Assembly: GCF_024641065.1 (NCBI RefSeq)
Contig: NZ_JAHEDV010000005.1
Location: 8,744-72,743 of the forward strand
Source: Rhodoluna sp.
Lineage (GTDB): Bacteria > Actinomycetota > Actinomycetes > Actinomycetales > Microbacteriaceae
DNA: 64,000 bases
Direction of reading: 5' to 3'
Positions 16,571-26,299 of the stretch are shown here, piece after piece. A program made the position numbers and the translations under genes. Numbering within the stretch: position 1 is the first letter of the stretch; the number at the start of each line of letters is the position of its first letter. The notes under the pieces were generated by a model. It searched no databases, was not told where the DNA came from, and saw nothing but the letters and a program-made list of their open reading frames with translations.

Positions 16571-19056
16571 TGCAAAAGCGGTTCAAGAAAGTCGTTGCAC
16601 TAATAGCCATCGCGCTGTTGGTTGCAACCGGCTTAACCGCGCTCATGGCAGCTGAGCCTGAGGCCAAATCAGAAGCTGCAGTCGCTTCACAATTTGACCC
16701 AGGGCTAATCATCAGCGACAGCGTTTTTTATGACTTTGGAACGATGAATCCGTCTCAGATTCAGGCATTTTTGGTGAGCAAAGCACCTGCCGCCTGTGCC
16801 GACAATTTGATTGGCCCAAAGTGCATCAAAGATTTCAAGATGGACACCCAGGCGGTAACGGGTGAGTCTGGTCGATGCGCTTCGATGCCAGCCAGAACCG
16901 ACCAAACCGCGGCGCAGATTATTTATTACGTTGCACGGGCCTGTGGCATAAACCCGCGCGTGCTGATCGTCACCCTGCAAAAAGAACAGGGCTTGATTCA
17001 GTCGTCAAACCCAAGCCAACGCATGTATGACTTTGCTCTCGGAATGAGTTGCCCTGACACCCCTAGCGGTTGCTCTAAGGCTGATGCTGGTTTCTTTTGG
17101 CAACTTTATAAAGGCGCAGGTCAGCTGCAGTGGTACGGCGATCCTCGAGGCTCATTTACCTATCTTCGAGTTGGCACCGACATCAAGCGCGACTATCAAG
17201 CCAACATGTCATCTTGCGGTTATCGCACCTTCAGATTGAAAAGCCAGGCAACGGCAGCCCTTTATTACTACACGCCTTACACTCCGAACCAACCTGCGCT
17301 AGACAACCTTTATGGCGAGGGTGACAACTGCAGTGCCTATGGCAACCGCAATTTCTGGCGCTTCTACACCGACTGGTTTGGCAGCACTGTTGGTGGCGGT
17401 TTCTTGCTCAAAAGCGAGACCAGCGGCACCTATCTGATTGTCGAGAACAAGAAGTACTTGATCGCAGATGACGAGGCGGTCACCGCCTACGCATCGCTTG
17501 GGCCGGTGGGTACCGTTTCAGAGCCTTACCTGAATTCATTCATCGACTCGGGAAATATGAGTCGCCTGGTTCGAGGAAGCACCACCTATTACTTCATTGA
17601 TGGAAGCAAGAGATATGCCTTCACCAACGTGGCCCAGGTGGCCGAGTTTGGTTATGACGCAACTAAGGCAGTTCGGCTAACCAGTTCTCAGTTCTCAGCT
17701 CTTCCGAGCGGCGGCACCATGACCGAATATGTCGCAGGCGCTGACGGCAGCAAGTTTTTGATCGAAGATGGCAAGAAGAGGCAAATTCTTGACCAAGCCT
17801 CAATTGCTTCGACCCCGCTGCCTGCGCTCTCAAAGGTGAAAATCTCGGCCTTCGGAGAACTCCCTTGGGGTAACCCGATCATCCGTGCCGGTTCAACTTT
17901 TGTCACTAACAGCACTGGTCGAACCATGCTTTATGACGGCACCAAGGTTTATGAAGTATCGCCAGAAGTTAAAGCTGATTTCACAATATCGAACTGGTTC
18001 ACCGCATCGACCGGAAAAATGAATGAAGCAGCAATCGCGCCAGTATTGAGCGACCAAAAATTAAAGCCAATATTTGCTAACGAAGCCGGAAACCAGTTCA
18101 TTCTCACTGCCAATGGCAAGCGACCGGTTGCCGTTGGCTCACAGCTTTTGACCTCGGTGCCCGTCATGTCTCAGGCCGTGATTGATGACATTCCGACAGC
18201 GAGCACCGCACCCATCGCAGCAACCACCTTTGCCAAGGCAACTAATTCAACCAACACCTTCTTGATCGATCACGGCAAGAAGCGTCTTTTGGTTACCACC
18301 GCAGATCGGGCAAGATTTGAGGGTTTGGTGCCAAGCATCCGTGTTGAATCTTTGAACCCTTCGGTTATGGCGATGTTTGCTGAAGCTGGGCCGCTTTACA
18401 CACCGGGAACATTCGTCAAAACATCTGACACCGGTGAAAGCTTCTTGATTGACACGCTGGGTCGCGCGATCAGCATTCCAAGTGCCGGTCAAGCTGCGCT
18501 TCTAGGTTTGGTTTCACCTAAGTCAGTCACTCTGAGCAAGTTGACCGGTTACTCGCGCACCGCCACATTTAACCGAGTCAAAATCAAGTGTGGAACCCAA
18601 ACTTATTTGGCAGTCACCGGAGTTCTTTATCCAATCGCTGATGATCTGGCTGCAGAGTATCCGGGCGTCACTGCAACACTTTCTAGCCAAGGCTGCGCAG
18701 GCCTGGCCAAGAGCACGGTTCAAGTTGGTACCTACATTCAAACCACTGACCCATCAAAGCTTTGGCTGGTAGACGATGGCAAGCGCACCCAAGTGACCAC
18801 CGCTCAATACCAGGGTCGTGGTGCGGGAGTGTTGCCGGCCGTAAAAGTTGGGCCTTATTTTGCAACGAAGATTGCAATTGCCAGCACGGTTTCAGCTACT
18901 CCAGCCCCGACCAACACACACGTGGTTGCCAGCGGTGAGACTTTCTCTTCGATAGCAACTAAATATGGTCTGACCGTGACTCAGCTCAAGGCGCTGAACC
19001 CAACTGTGACTAACATCAACAGCATCCGTGTTGGTCAGCTGCTGATTATTCGCTAG
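16570..19056 (+). CDS. Secreted 828-aa cell-wall protein: N-terminal Cys-containing domain (possibly lysozyme-like), about nine degenerate repeats, C-terminal LysM
   Basis: Signal peptide (KKVVALIAIALLVATGLTALMA). N-terminal domain with LIVTLQKEQGLIQ. Repeats of the form xxYLIxDGKKRxI. C-terminal LysM HVVASGETFSSIATKYGLTVTQLKALNPTVTNINSIRVGQLLII (18919..19053). Confidence 0.75.
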   Translation: MQKRFKKVVALIAIALLVATGLTALMAAEPEAKSEAAVASQFDPGLIISDSVFYDFGTMNPSQIQAFLVSKAPAACADNLIGPKCIKDFKMDTQAVTGESGRCASMPARTDQTAAQIIYYVARACGINPRVLIVTLQKEQGLIQSSNPSQRMYDFALGMSCPDTPSGCSKADAGFFWQLYKGAGQLQWYGDPRGSFTYLRVGTDIKRDYQANMSSCGYRTFRLKSQATAALYYYTPYTPNQPALDNLYGEGDNCSAYGNRNFWRFYTDWFGSTVGGGFLLKSETSGTYLIVENKKYLIADDEAVTAYASLGPVGTVSEPYLNSFIDSGNMSRLVRGSTTYYFIDGSKRYAFTNVAQVAEFGYDATKAVRLTSSQFSALPSGGTMTEYVAGADGSKFLIEDGKKRQILDQASIASTPLPALSKVKISAFGELPWGNPIIRAGSTFVTNSTGRTMLYDGTKVYEVSPEVKADFTISNWFTASTGKMNEAAIAPVLSDQKLKPIFANEAGNQFILTANGKRPVAVGSQLLTSVPVMSQAVIDDIPTASTAPIAATTFAKATNSTNTFLIDHGKKRLLVTTADRARFEGLVPSIRVESLNPSVMAMFAEAGPLYTPGTFVKTSDTGESFLIDTLGRAISIPSAGQAALLGLVSPKSVTLSKLTGYSRTATFNRVKIKCGTQTYLAVTGVLYPIADDLAAEYPGVTATLSSQGCAGLAKSTVQVGTYIQTTDPSKLWLVDDGKRTQVTTAQYQGRGAGVLPAVKVGPYFATKIAIASTVSATPAPTNTHVVASGETFSSIATKYGLTVTQLKALNPTVTNINSIRVGQLLIIR
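17401..18880 (+). repeat. Intragenic array of about nine degenerate 45-65-aa repeats (core [ST]x[FY]LIxxGK[KR]xxI)
   Basis: The cores, read from the translation, are GTYLIVENKKYLIAD, TYYFIDGSKRYAF, SKFLIEDGKKRQIL, RTMLYDGTKVYEV, NQFILTANGKRPVA, NTFLIDHGKKRLLV, ESFLIDTLGRAISI, QTYLAVTGVLYPIA and KLWLVDDGKRTQVT. Confidence 0.65.
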
Positions 19057-20445
19057 TTATTTTTCTGGCTTTTGTGCCGGCTTGAAAAACTTTGTGAACG
19101 AATAAATTCTGAGGCGCTTGGATGATCTCCCGCGGGGCTCAAGTTTTTCTTCTGGCTCATTCACTTTGATCGCGAACAAGCTGAGTAGTACCCAACCGAT
19201 TTCAATCAGCATGCGACTTTCGGTCAGGCTCCAAACTACAAGCCCTACGAAAACAAGAACTGGCCATAGATAAAGTGCAACCGTGTGACGCACCGCAAGG
19301 CGCCAGAGCTTGATGAAAGTTAGCAACAGCAGCGTTGCAAAAAGTAGAGCGCCGATAATTCCTAGCTGAAGGTAAACATCAAGGTAGGCATTATGCGCTT
19401 GGTAATAAGGCACGTGATTGATTACCACTAGGCCTTCGAAAGGCTTCACGCCTGGCACCCAGTGGCTTGTCCAGCCCCAACCGAGCCAAGGCCGCTCTTG
19501 AATCAGACCTAGCACGAGCTTCCAGATTCCACTGCGGCCAGTCATGTCGGGGCTCTTGCCAAAAAACTCAAAGACTTCGGCTCGGAACACCAGAACCAAA
19601 ATTGCTACCGTTCCGGCACTCGCCCAGGCAACTCGGTAATAGCGGTGGCGAGTATCGCGGTCTTTACCCTCTGCTGCAATTGACACGACGGCCGACACTG
19701 CGATGGCTGCCATGGCAAAACCGATGCCGGCAGACTTGGCCAGCAAGATCGCCGAGACTGCGGCCAAGATGCTCAGAAGGTTAACCCAGCGCTTGGTGCC
19801 GATGATTGCAAATTCGATTGCGAAGACCACAAACCCGATCATGGCCACGTAGGCGAGAAGGTTTGAGTTTCCTACAATTCCCTGGATGCGGTCGCCGTTA
19901 AACAGGTTTCCCTGCACCCAATAGAACGCCGGTGCCGGAGGAACGTCGCCCTGGTAATTCTTGAAGATCGGTGCGATTGGACCATGCAAAATTGCAGCTG
20001 CGATGAACTCCATGAGAAAGGAGGTAGCCAAAATAAAGCGAATGACGTTGGCAAATATTCTCAGAAGGTGACGCCAGCTAAACAGTGCAGCTAAGAAGAA
20101 GCCGAATCCGGTGGTGGCGATTTGAAGAATTGAGGCCAGCACCGTGACTGCTGCGTAGGCCGACCAAATTGAACTGAGCACCATGTATCCGAGCAGCGCC
20201 CAGAGTGGCCAAGGAACTTCGCTTAGAACTACTTCTGATCGGTTTCTGACCATGAGTGCTACAAAGCCGAAAACTAGGGCACCGAGAAGAAATCCCCAAC
20301 CCCACCAGCCAATTGAGTAGCGAACAGCATCGCCGGCCATCAAGGTGAAGATAGCACCCGAGGCAAGCCAAGTCTTTGACTTATAGCCTTTTTCGCGCGT
20401 GTTGAAGACGACGCGAATAGGTTTGGTAAGAGCGTTCATTGCCAC
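19057..20445 (-). CDS. O-antigen ligase / Wzy_C-family polytopic membrane protein
   Basis: About 11 TM helices and the family signature YYQAHNAYLDVYLQLGIIGALLF (HNxYLxxxxxxG). Its stop codon abuts the LysM gene stop with zero gap. Confidence 0.75.
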   Translation of the reverse strand: MAMNALTKPIRVVFNTREKGYKSKTWLASGAIFTLMAGDAVRYSIGWWGWGFLLGALVFGFVALMVRNRSEVVLSEVPWPLWALLGYMVLSSIWSAYAAVTVLASILQIATTGFGFFLAALFSWRHLLRIFANVIRFILATSFLMEFIAAAILHGPIAPIFKNYQGDVPPAPAFYWVQGNLFNGDRIQGIVGNSNLLAYVAMIGFVVFAIEFAIIGTKRWVNLLSILAAVSAILLAKSAGIGFAMAAIAVSAVVSIAAEGKDRDTRHRYYRVAWASAGTVAILVLVFRAEVFEFFGKSPDMTGRSGIWKLVLGLIQERPWLGWGWTSHWVPGVKPFEGLVVINHVPYYQAHNAYLDVYLQLGIIGALLFATLLLLTFIKLWRLAVRHTVALYLWPVLVFVGLVVWSLTESRMLIEIGWVLLSLFAIKVNEPEEKLEPRGRSSKRLRIYSFTKFFKPAQKPEK

Positions 20446-20520
20446 TTTCTTAGGGGTGCCGGTTCAAGTCTAAATCGCACTCGCGAAGTTAGGCTTAGTT
20501 GCGCAGGTGAAAGGTAAAAG

Positions 20521-21672
20521 ATGCTCCAGAAGATAGGCAACGTCGCACGCGACTATGCATGGGGTTCGCGCACCTTGATTTCTGACTACTTTGGGCTACC
20601 TCAGTCACAGTTGCCTATGGCTGAGATTTGGTATGGCACTCATCCTGGCTCACCGGCTTTTCTAGTTGATGAGCCAAATAAATCTCTCAGCGAAGCTCTG
20701 GGCGGAAAACAACTTTCGTTCTTGTTAAAAATTTTGGCGGCCGATGCCCCGCTTTCGATTCAAGCTCACCCAAACGCTGAACAAGCGCGATTTGGTTTCG
20801 AAGCCGAGAATGCTGCTGGCGTACCGCTGAATTCAAGTGCCAGAAATTACAAGGATGACCAGCACAAGCCTGAGGTCATCGTTGCTCTTACCGAGTTCAG
20901 AGCGCTCTGTGGTTTCAAGCCCCTCAAGCAAATCGAATTCTTCTTGGCTGATTTGGCTGAGCACCCAGCCGTTAGCGACGGTTTTAGGAGTATGAGCAAG
21001 CGGTGGCTCGATCTTCTGGCCGAGCCAAATGGTTTGCAAAAGGTTTTCTCAGACATTCTTCACCGCCGCGGAAACCTAGACGGCTACAACGCTGAACTTG
21101 CGGCACTTGCCGAGAACGAAGCCCAATTCGGCTTGGCCGAAGAGCTGAATCTGCAGTACCCGGGTGACCCTGGCGTGGTGGTCGCAATGCTGATGAACCA
21201 GGTTTATCTTGAACCGGGGCAGGCACTATTTTTGCCGGCAGGCAACATCCATGCCTATCTCGGTGGGCTCGGTGTCGAAGTCATGGCATCTTCAGATAAC
21301 GTGCTGCGAGGCGGTCTAACCACCAAACACCTGGATATCGACGAGCTCGAAAAAGTCGTTGATTTTGTTGCCGGCGAACTGCCTCTAGTCAAGCCAATTG
21401 AGATCTCAAACGGGCTGACCAGTTATCCGTGTGAAGTTGATGAGTTCATGCTTTATCGAGCCGAGTTAGACGGAACCGTAGTTTTAGCCGATCTGAATTT
21501 GGCGGGGGATTGCGTGGCGCTCTGCACGGCTGGAGAAATTTCAATCAGTTCGAGCTTGGATGAACGAATTGTTATAAAACGAGGCGAAGCAGCCTTTTTG
21601 TCGGCAGATGCGAAGCTTTTCAGCCTTGCTGGTGCGGGAACCGCCTATTTGGCGCTCGGCAGCGTTCGTTAA
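20521..21672 (+). CDS. manA: Mannose-6-phosphate isomerase, class I
   Basis: YAWGS, EIWYGTHP, LSFLLKILAA, SIQAHPN and HAYLGG motifs of type I PMI. Confidence 0.9.
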   Translation: MLQKIGNVARDYAWGSRTLISDYFGLPQSQLPMAEIWYGTHPGSPAFLVDEPNKSLSEALGGKQLSFLLKILAADAPLSIQAHPNAEQARFGFEAENAAGVPLNSSARNYKDDQHKPEVIVALTEFRALCGFKPLKQIEFFLADLAEHPAVSDGFRSMSKRWLDLLAEPNGLQKVFSDILHRRGNLDGYNAELAALAENEAQFGLAEELNLQYPGDPGVVVAMLMNQVYLEPGQALFLPAGNIHAYLGGLGVEVMASSDNVLRGGLTTKHLDIDELEKVVDFVAGELPLVKPIEISNGLTSYPCEVDEFMLYRAELDGTVVLADLNLAGDCVALCTAGEISISSSLDERIVIKRGEAAFLSADAKLFSLAGAGTAYLALGSVR

Positions 21673-21731
21673 ACACTGGGTAAACCCCGTTATAAAGCCT
21701 AAATACAGCCTTTAGGGTTGCAACTTTCAAC

Positions 21732-21761
21732 TTGACACAGACCGAATGACAAGAGTGTAAT
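21732..21761 (+). promoter_or_regulatory. Candidate sigma-70-type promoter for the whiB2-like gene
   Basis: TTGACA (21732..21737), an 18-nt spacer, then TGTAAT (21756..21761), about 65 nt upstream of ATG 21827. A pattern match only. Confidence 0.3.
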
Positions 21762-21826
21762 TACATGCAAGGAAGTATTTGAAAGACTCTTCGCGTTCGC
21801 TCGAGCAGTCGGTTAAGGAAAAAGTA

Positions 21827-22132
21827 ATGGATAGTCGTAATCGTGTTCCAGAAAACTGGTTCGTCGACCCAATCCGACTAGGTGTCGCGGGGGCGTACTC
21901 AGATCCTGAAAGTGACCCACTAGCCTGGCAGGCAGATGCACTTTGTGCACAGACCGACCCTGAGGCATTCTTTCCTGAAAAGGGTGGCTCAACCCGCGAT
22001 GCTAAGCGCATTTGTACAGGTTGCGATGTAAAGGCTCAGTGCCTTGACTATGCACTTGCCAATGACGAGCGTTTCGGTATCTGGGGTGGCCTTTCTGAGC
22101 GTGAGCGTCGCAAGCTAAAGAAGCTCGCTTAG
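21827..22132 (+). CDS. whiB2: WhiB-family Fe-S transcription factor (WhiB2/WhmD/WhiB-type by sequence and synteny)
   Basis: Four Cys (C..C..C..C: ALCAQTDPEAFFPEKGGS, CTGCDVKAQC) and GIWGGLSERERRKLKK. ATG 21827 is preceded by AAGGAA. It sits between manA and the manB region as in mycobacteria. Confidence 0.85.
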   Translation: MDSRNRVPENWFVDPIRLGVAGAYSDPESDPLAWQADALCAQTDPEAFFPEKGGSTRDAKRICTGCDVKAQCLDYALANDERFGIWGGLSERERRKLKKLA

Positions 22133-22157
22133 TTCTAAGCGCGTTTAGCCGCAGGTC

Positions 22158-24971
22158 ATGGAACTTTTTGTTACCGCGGTTGTCGTATCTCACGATCAAC
22201 CGGAATATCTTGCGACAACCCTAAAAGCCCTTGCTCAGCAGAGCGTGCCGCTGCAGCAAGTGATTATTGTCGACAGTTCTAACTCGGATGAACCTTCTGA
22301 AGTAGCCAAGAACGCTGGCTTTGATGCACCTCTTCGAGTTTCTACAAAACTTGGACTAGCTGAAATTCTGAATTCGGCTCGAGCTGAAATAAACCCTGAG
22401 AGCAGCTGGCTTTGGTTGCTGCATGACGACAGCGCACCTCAGGTAAGTGCGCTTGAAAATCTTCTAAGGGCAATTGAACTTTCACCATCGGTAGCTGTTG
22501 CCGGGCCAAAGCAGGTCGAGTGGTCAAACCCCAAGATTGTGATGCAGCAGGGCCTGACCCTAACTAGATCTGGTGATTTATTTTCTTTGGTTAGCGGAGA
22601 GCTAGACCAAGGGCAGCACGATGACGTAGATGACGTGATGGCTGTTGGCACGGCCGGAGCGCTTTATCGCCTAGACGTATTTGATGAACTTGGCGGCCTG
22701 GACGCCAATGCGCCGGCACTAGCTGCCGATCTTGACTACTCAATTCGTGTGCGCACCGCTGGGCACCGAGTTGTGGTTGTGCCTGATGCCAAAGTGGCAC
22801 ACGCCGGCCTATCGCTTCAAGGTGAGCGACCGCGCAGGTGGCTGAGAACCTCGCCTCGCACTGCTAAGCGTCGGGCAGCGATTCATCTCAGGTTGGTTTA
22901 TTCGCCGCTGCTTTCTGCACTGACTTATTGGCTGTTGTTGCCACTCCTCGGTTTGTTTCGAGCCTTTTGGCGAATTCTGAAAAAACGCCCCGACCGCATC
23001 TGGCTTGAACTCGCTGGTGCCACCTGGGGTTTTGTTACCGGCCCGGCAAGGTTGCTAAGCCGACGCAAAGCTTATTCGCATGCCGTGGTTCCCTTTAAGA
23101 AGTTCTTGCCCTTGCGTGCTAGCTGGCTGCAGGTGCGATCGGCAGCCCGAGCGCAGGTCGAAGCTGAGCAGACCCGAGTAACTCTCGAGGCTTTCGAACG
23201 TGGCGAGCTTGAAGGGTCTTCGGCTGTCAGCACAACCGGCTTTGGAGCCGGAGGCGGCCTCTGGGTTGCCGCACTTTTGACCGCACTGAGTTTTTTCTTT
23301 TTTCCTACCGACATCGCTGTGACCGGGCAAGGGGCACTCCCGCTAAGTGCATCATGGTTAGAGCTGTTTTCGAAGGCCGGAGCCAGTTACCAAGATTTAG
23401 GTTTCGGGTTTTATGGCCCTAGTGATCCGTTCGTTTGGGTGCTAGCTCTGGTTGGTTCGATAACCTTCTGGGCGCCATCTTTGGCACTGGTTTTGATTCT
23501 GTTTTTAGCTAAGGCACTGGCGTTCATCGGGGCTTGGCGAGTGGTTGCACTGGTGACTGAATCTGCGGCCGTGAGAATTCTCAGTGCGCTGGCATTTGCG
23601 CTGTGGCCTTCGATTGCCTTGGCGCAAAATCAAGCTGACCTGCCTACTCTCTTTGCCGTTCTAAGCCTTCCTTGGTTTGTTTTGGCCTTGGCTCGAATCA
23701 CCAACTTGGGTAAATCTGCTTCGGCTAAGTCAGCAGCTCAGACTTGGTCATGGGTTGCAATTGCCGGCCTTTTGATGTTCATCGGCGGGGCGAGTTCGCC
23801 CATCCTTGGTGTTTTCATGTTGGTGGTGTTGGCAGTTGTTGCTGTGGTTCGCATTCGCCGCATCGGTTTCTTGGTTTGGATTCCAGCGCCACTGGCCGCT
23901 GTTTTTGGCCCTACATTCTTGTTCCACCTAACCCACCAAAGGCTGCTGGCTCCGCTTGCTCAGCCTGGGCTCGCCATCGATAGCCAGCCGGTAGGTTTTT
24001 GGCAGCTTGTGTTGGGTGGGCCAACCTTTGGCTTCGAGCTGCCACTGATTGGGCAATTCTCTGGCTGGGCAATTGTTCCTGTGATTCTGATTGGGCTCTT
24101 AGCGCTATTGCAAAAACGGTTAGCGACGGGGCTTGTAATTTCGTCGCTTTCGGTGGCTGCCTTGGCGCTAGCTTGGTTTATCCAGGGCGTTTATTTTGAA
24201 CCCCTCGGTGTTCAAGGTTCTTCGGCGGCACTAACGGCAGCCGCGGGTCTTGGTTTTGCAACCATGCTGGCACTTGCACTTGACCAGGTGCGTTCGATTG
24301 CGGCTCGACGTTGGTTTGCGGGCACGCTGGCAATAATCACGATTGTTCCTTCGCTGGTGCTTTTGGCAGTGACCAAGCCTGAAATTAAATTCACGGATGC
24401 CCGAGTTGTGCCAGCCATTGTTGCAGCTGAACAGCAGCAGGGCAGCCAGCTCAAGATGCTCGTAATCAGTGCCGAGACTCAAGAGTCAGGCCAGTCTTTA
24501 TTCAGGGCCGAGCTACAAGACGGCAGTGGCTTGAGCCTGGATGATTTGAGCAATAACTATTTGTTTGCTCTAGACAGTTTGGAATCAAACAAGACTGCCG
24601 AACTTTCGGCCTTGGTTGCGAACCTGGCGTCAGCCAACGGAACTGAGTTAGCCCTGGCGCTCAAAATGGCTCAGGTGGGCTACATCTTGGTTCCGGCTTC
24701 TTCGGGTTCTGCAGTTGCTGAATTGGCGATCGGTCTGAACTCGATCAAAGAGCTCGAGGCCGTCGGTAGTACCGAATTTGGCCAACTGTGGCGAGTGGTG
24801 AATCCGGCAACTGATCTGCCTGCGGTGGATGAAACCAAGTTCTGGTCGGTAACCAAGGGAATTCAATTTGCCGTTCTACTGGTATTTATTTTGCTGGCCT
24901 TACCAACCGGATCAACTCGCAAGCGCACCGCTGGCGCGAGTGAAATTTTTGTTGAGGCTGGCGAAGAATGA
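22158..24971 (+). CDS. Family-2 glycosyltransferase fused to a ~650-aa polytopic membrane domain
   Basis: The N-terminal GT-A fold has VVVSHDQPEYL, VIIVDSSNSD, LLHDDSAP (DxD-like) and GTAGALYR. It is followed by more than 12 hydrophobic segments and a soluble C-terminal tail. Confidence 0.8.
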   Translation: MELFVTAVVVSHDQPEYLATTLKALAQQSVPLQQVIIVDSSNSDEPSEVAKNAGFDAPLRVSTKLGLAEILNSARAEINPESSWLWLLHDDSAPQVSALENLLRAIELSPSVAVAGPKQVEWSNPKIVMQQGLTLTRSGDLFSLVSGELDQGQHDDVDDVMAVGTAGALYRLDVFDELGGLDANAPALAADLDYSIRVRTAGHRVVVVPDAKVAHAGLSLQGERPRRWLRTSPRTAKRRAAIHLRLVYSPLLSALTYWLLLPLLGLFRAFWRILKKRPDRIWLELAGATWGFVTGPARLLSRRKAYSHAVVPFKKFLPLRASWLQVRSAARAQVEAEQTRVTLEAFERGELEGSSAVSTTGFGAGGGLWVAALLTALSFFFFPTDIAVTGQGALPLSASWLELFSKAGASYQDLGFGFYGPSDPFVWVLALVGSITFWAPSLALVLILFLAKALAFIGAWRVVALVTESAAVRILSALAFALWPSIALAQNQADLPTLFAVLSLPWFVLALARITNLGKSASAKSAAQTWSWVAIAGLLMFIGGASSPILGVFMLVVLAVVAVVRIRRIGFLVWIPAPLAAVFGPTFLFHLTHQRLLAPLAQPGLAIDSQPVGFWQLVLGGPTFGFELPLIGQFSGWAIVPVILIGLLALLQKRLATGLVISSLSVAALALAWFIQGVYFEPLGVQGSSAALTAAAGLGFATMLALALDQVRSIAARRWFAGTLAIITIVPSLVLLAVTKPEIKFTDARVVPAIVAAEQQQGSQLKMLVISAETQESGQSLFRAELQDGSGLSLDDLSNNYLFALDSLESNKTAELSALVANLASANGTELALALKMAQVGYILVPASSGSAVAELAIGLNSIKELEAVGSTEFGQLWRVVNPATDLPAVDETKFWSVTKGIQFAVLLVFILLALPTGSTRKRTAGASEIFVEAGEE

Positions 24972-26293
24972 TTAAGCAGATTTTTGGCCTTGCATCAGTG
25001 GTTGCCGCACTCACCGCTGGCACAATACTTGCACCGAGTTTTGAATTAAATGTTGGCGTGAAACAGTCGGCGGCCGAAGTGCAGGTCAAGGCGCGAGATT
25101 TGAGTTTGGTTTGCCCCGGTGGCGTGTATCAATCTGGTGGTAGTTCTGGCACAAAGCTTGGGTCATTCGTTCAAATTGGCTCACCAATCATCTCTAGCGC
25201 CTACAGCCAGGCTGGCTCTACCGAATTAGTTTCGAATGATGGCGTTTATACGGTGAGCGATTCGACCGGCGATGCCCAGCAAGGTTCAACTCTGTTGAAC
25301 GTTAATCAGATTCAACTGGCTAACACCTCGACGATCTCGGGTTTGGCGGCGGCAGCTTGCCAGCGACCATCGAGCGAGATGTGGATTAACGGTGGCGACA
25401 CCACCACCGGGCACGAAGCGCTTTTGATTTTGCGTAACGCTGGCGCCACCGATGCAACTGTAGACCTCGAGATTTTTAGCGAGGGCGGCTCAGTAGACGC
25501 ACCAGGGCTCAAAGGAATTGCTGTGTCGGCCGGACAATCCATTGTTTTGCCACTTGCTGGTCTGATTCCTAAAACCGCAACTTTCACCACACATATTTCG
25601 GCTCACGGCGGTGCCATTGCTGCCTGGGTTCAGCAACGCGTGGTTCACGGGCTAGCGGCGGCGGGTGTTGACTTTATTTCGCCTTCTCCTGATGCCAGTG
25701 TTGACGCCGTTGTGTCTGGCGTGTTTATTCGTGGTTCAGCGCTAGTTACCAGATTGGTGAAGTCTGACGCCAGCTATGGTGACCTTCGCCCAACCCTTAG
25801 AATTTTTGTGCCGGGAACCAAGCCGGCAACCTTCACCGCTCAAATTATGGGCGCGACTGCTGAAACTTTTGGCACGGTAATTCATGAAGAAGTCCCCGGC
25901 GGAACAGTGGTTGACTTCAAGCTCACCGGTTTGGTTGACGGCGACTATGTTGCCCTAATCAATTCTGATCAGCCGGTTATCGCCTCGGTTCGCCTTTCGC
26001 GAGTTGTTGCAAGTCGAACCCCTGATTTCACCTGGCTGTCTGCGGCCGAGGGGTTCAATAATGCCCGGATGATTTCGATCCCCGCCCCGGGAATTTCAAA
26101 GATCTGCATCTATGACAAAACCACCGGCAAGGTCTCGGTAGAAAAACTCACTGGCGGCAGTGACTACGGTTTCACCGCGGGTGATTCTGTTCGATATGCA
26201 ACGGTGATTGTTGATGTTGATGGAGCGGTTGCAAACATCCCAGTGCTTGATCAAAAAAATGCTGGCGGCAAGGTTTCGGTTACCGTTCGCTAG
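24968..26293 (+). CDS. Secreted beta-rich protein, DUF5719-like (family assignment from memory of synteny, not verified)
   Basis: Signal/anchor peptide IFGLASVVAALTAGTILAP. ATGA overlap with the GT2 fusion gene. There are no recognisable catalytic motifs. Confidence 0.55.
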   Translation: MIKQIFGLASVVAALTAGTILAPSFELNVGVKQSAAEVQVKARDLSLVCPGGVYQSGGSSGTKLGSFVQIGSPIISSAYSQAGSTELVSNDGVYTVSDSTGDAQQGSTLLNVNQIQLANTSTISGLAAAACQRPSSEMWINGGDTTTGHEALLILRNAGATDATVDLEIFSEGGSVDAPGLKGIAVSAGQSIVLPLAGLIPKTATFTTHISAHGGAIAAWVQQRVVHGLAAAGVDFISPSPDASVDAVVSGVFIRGSALVTRLVKSDASYGDLRPTLRIFVPGTKPATFTAQIMGATAETFGTVIHEEVPGGTVVDFKLTGLVDGDYVALINSDQPVIASVRLSRVVASRTPDFTWLSAAEGFNNARMISIPAPGISKICIYDKTTGKVSVEKLTGGSDYGFTAGDSVRYATVIVDVDGAVANIPVLDQKNAGGKVSVTVR

Positions 26294-26299
26294 CTTGGT

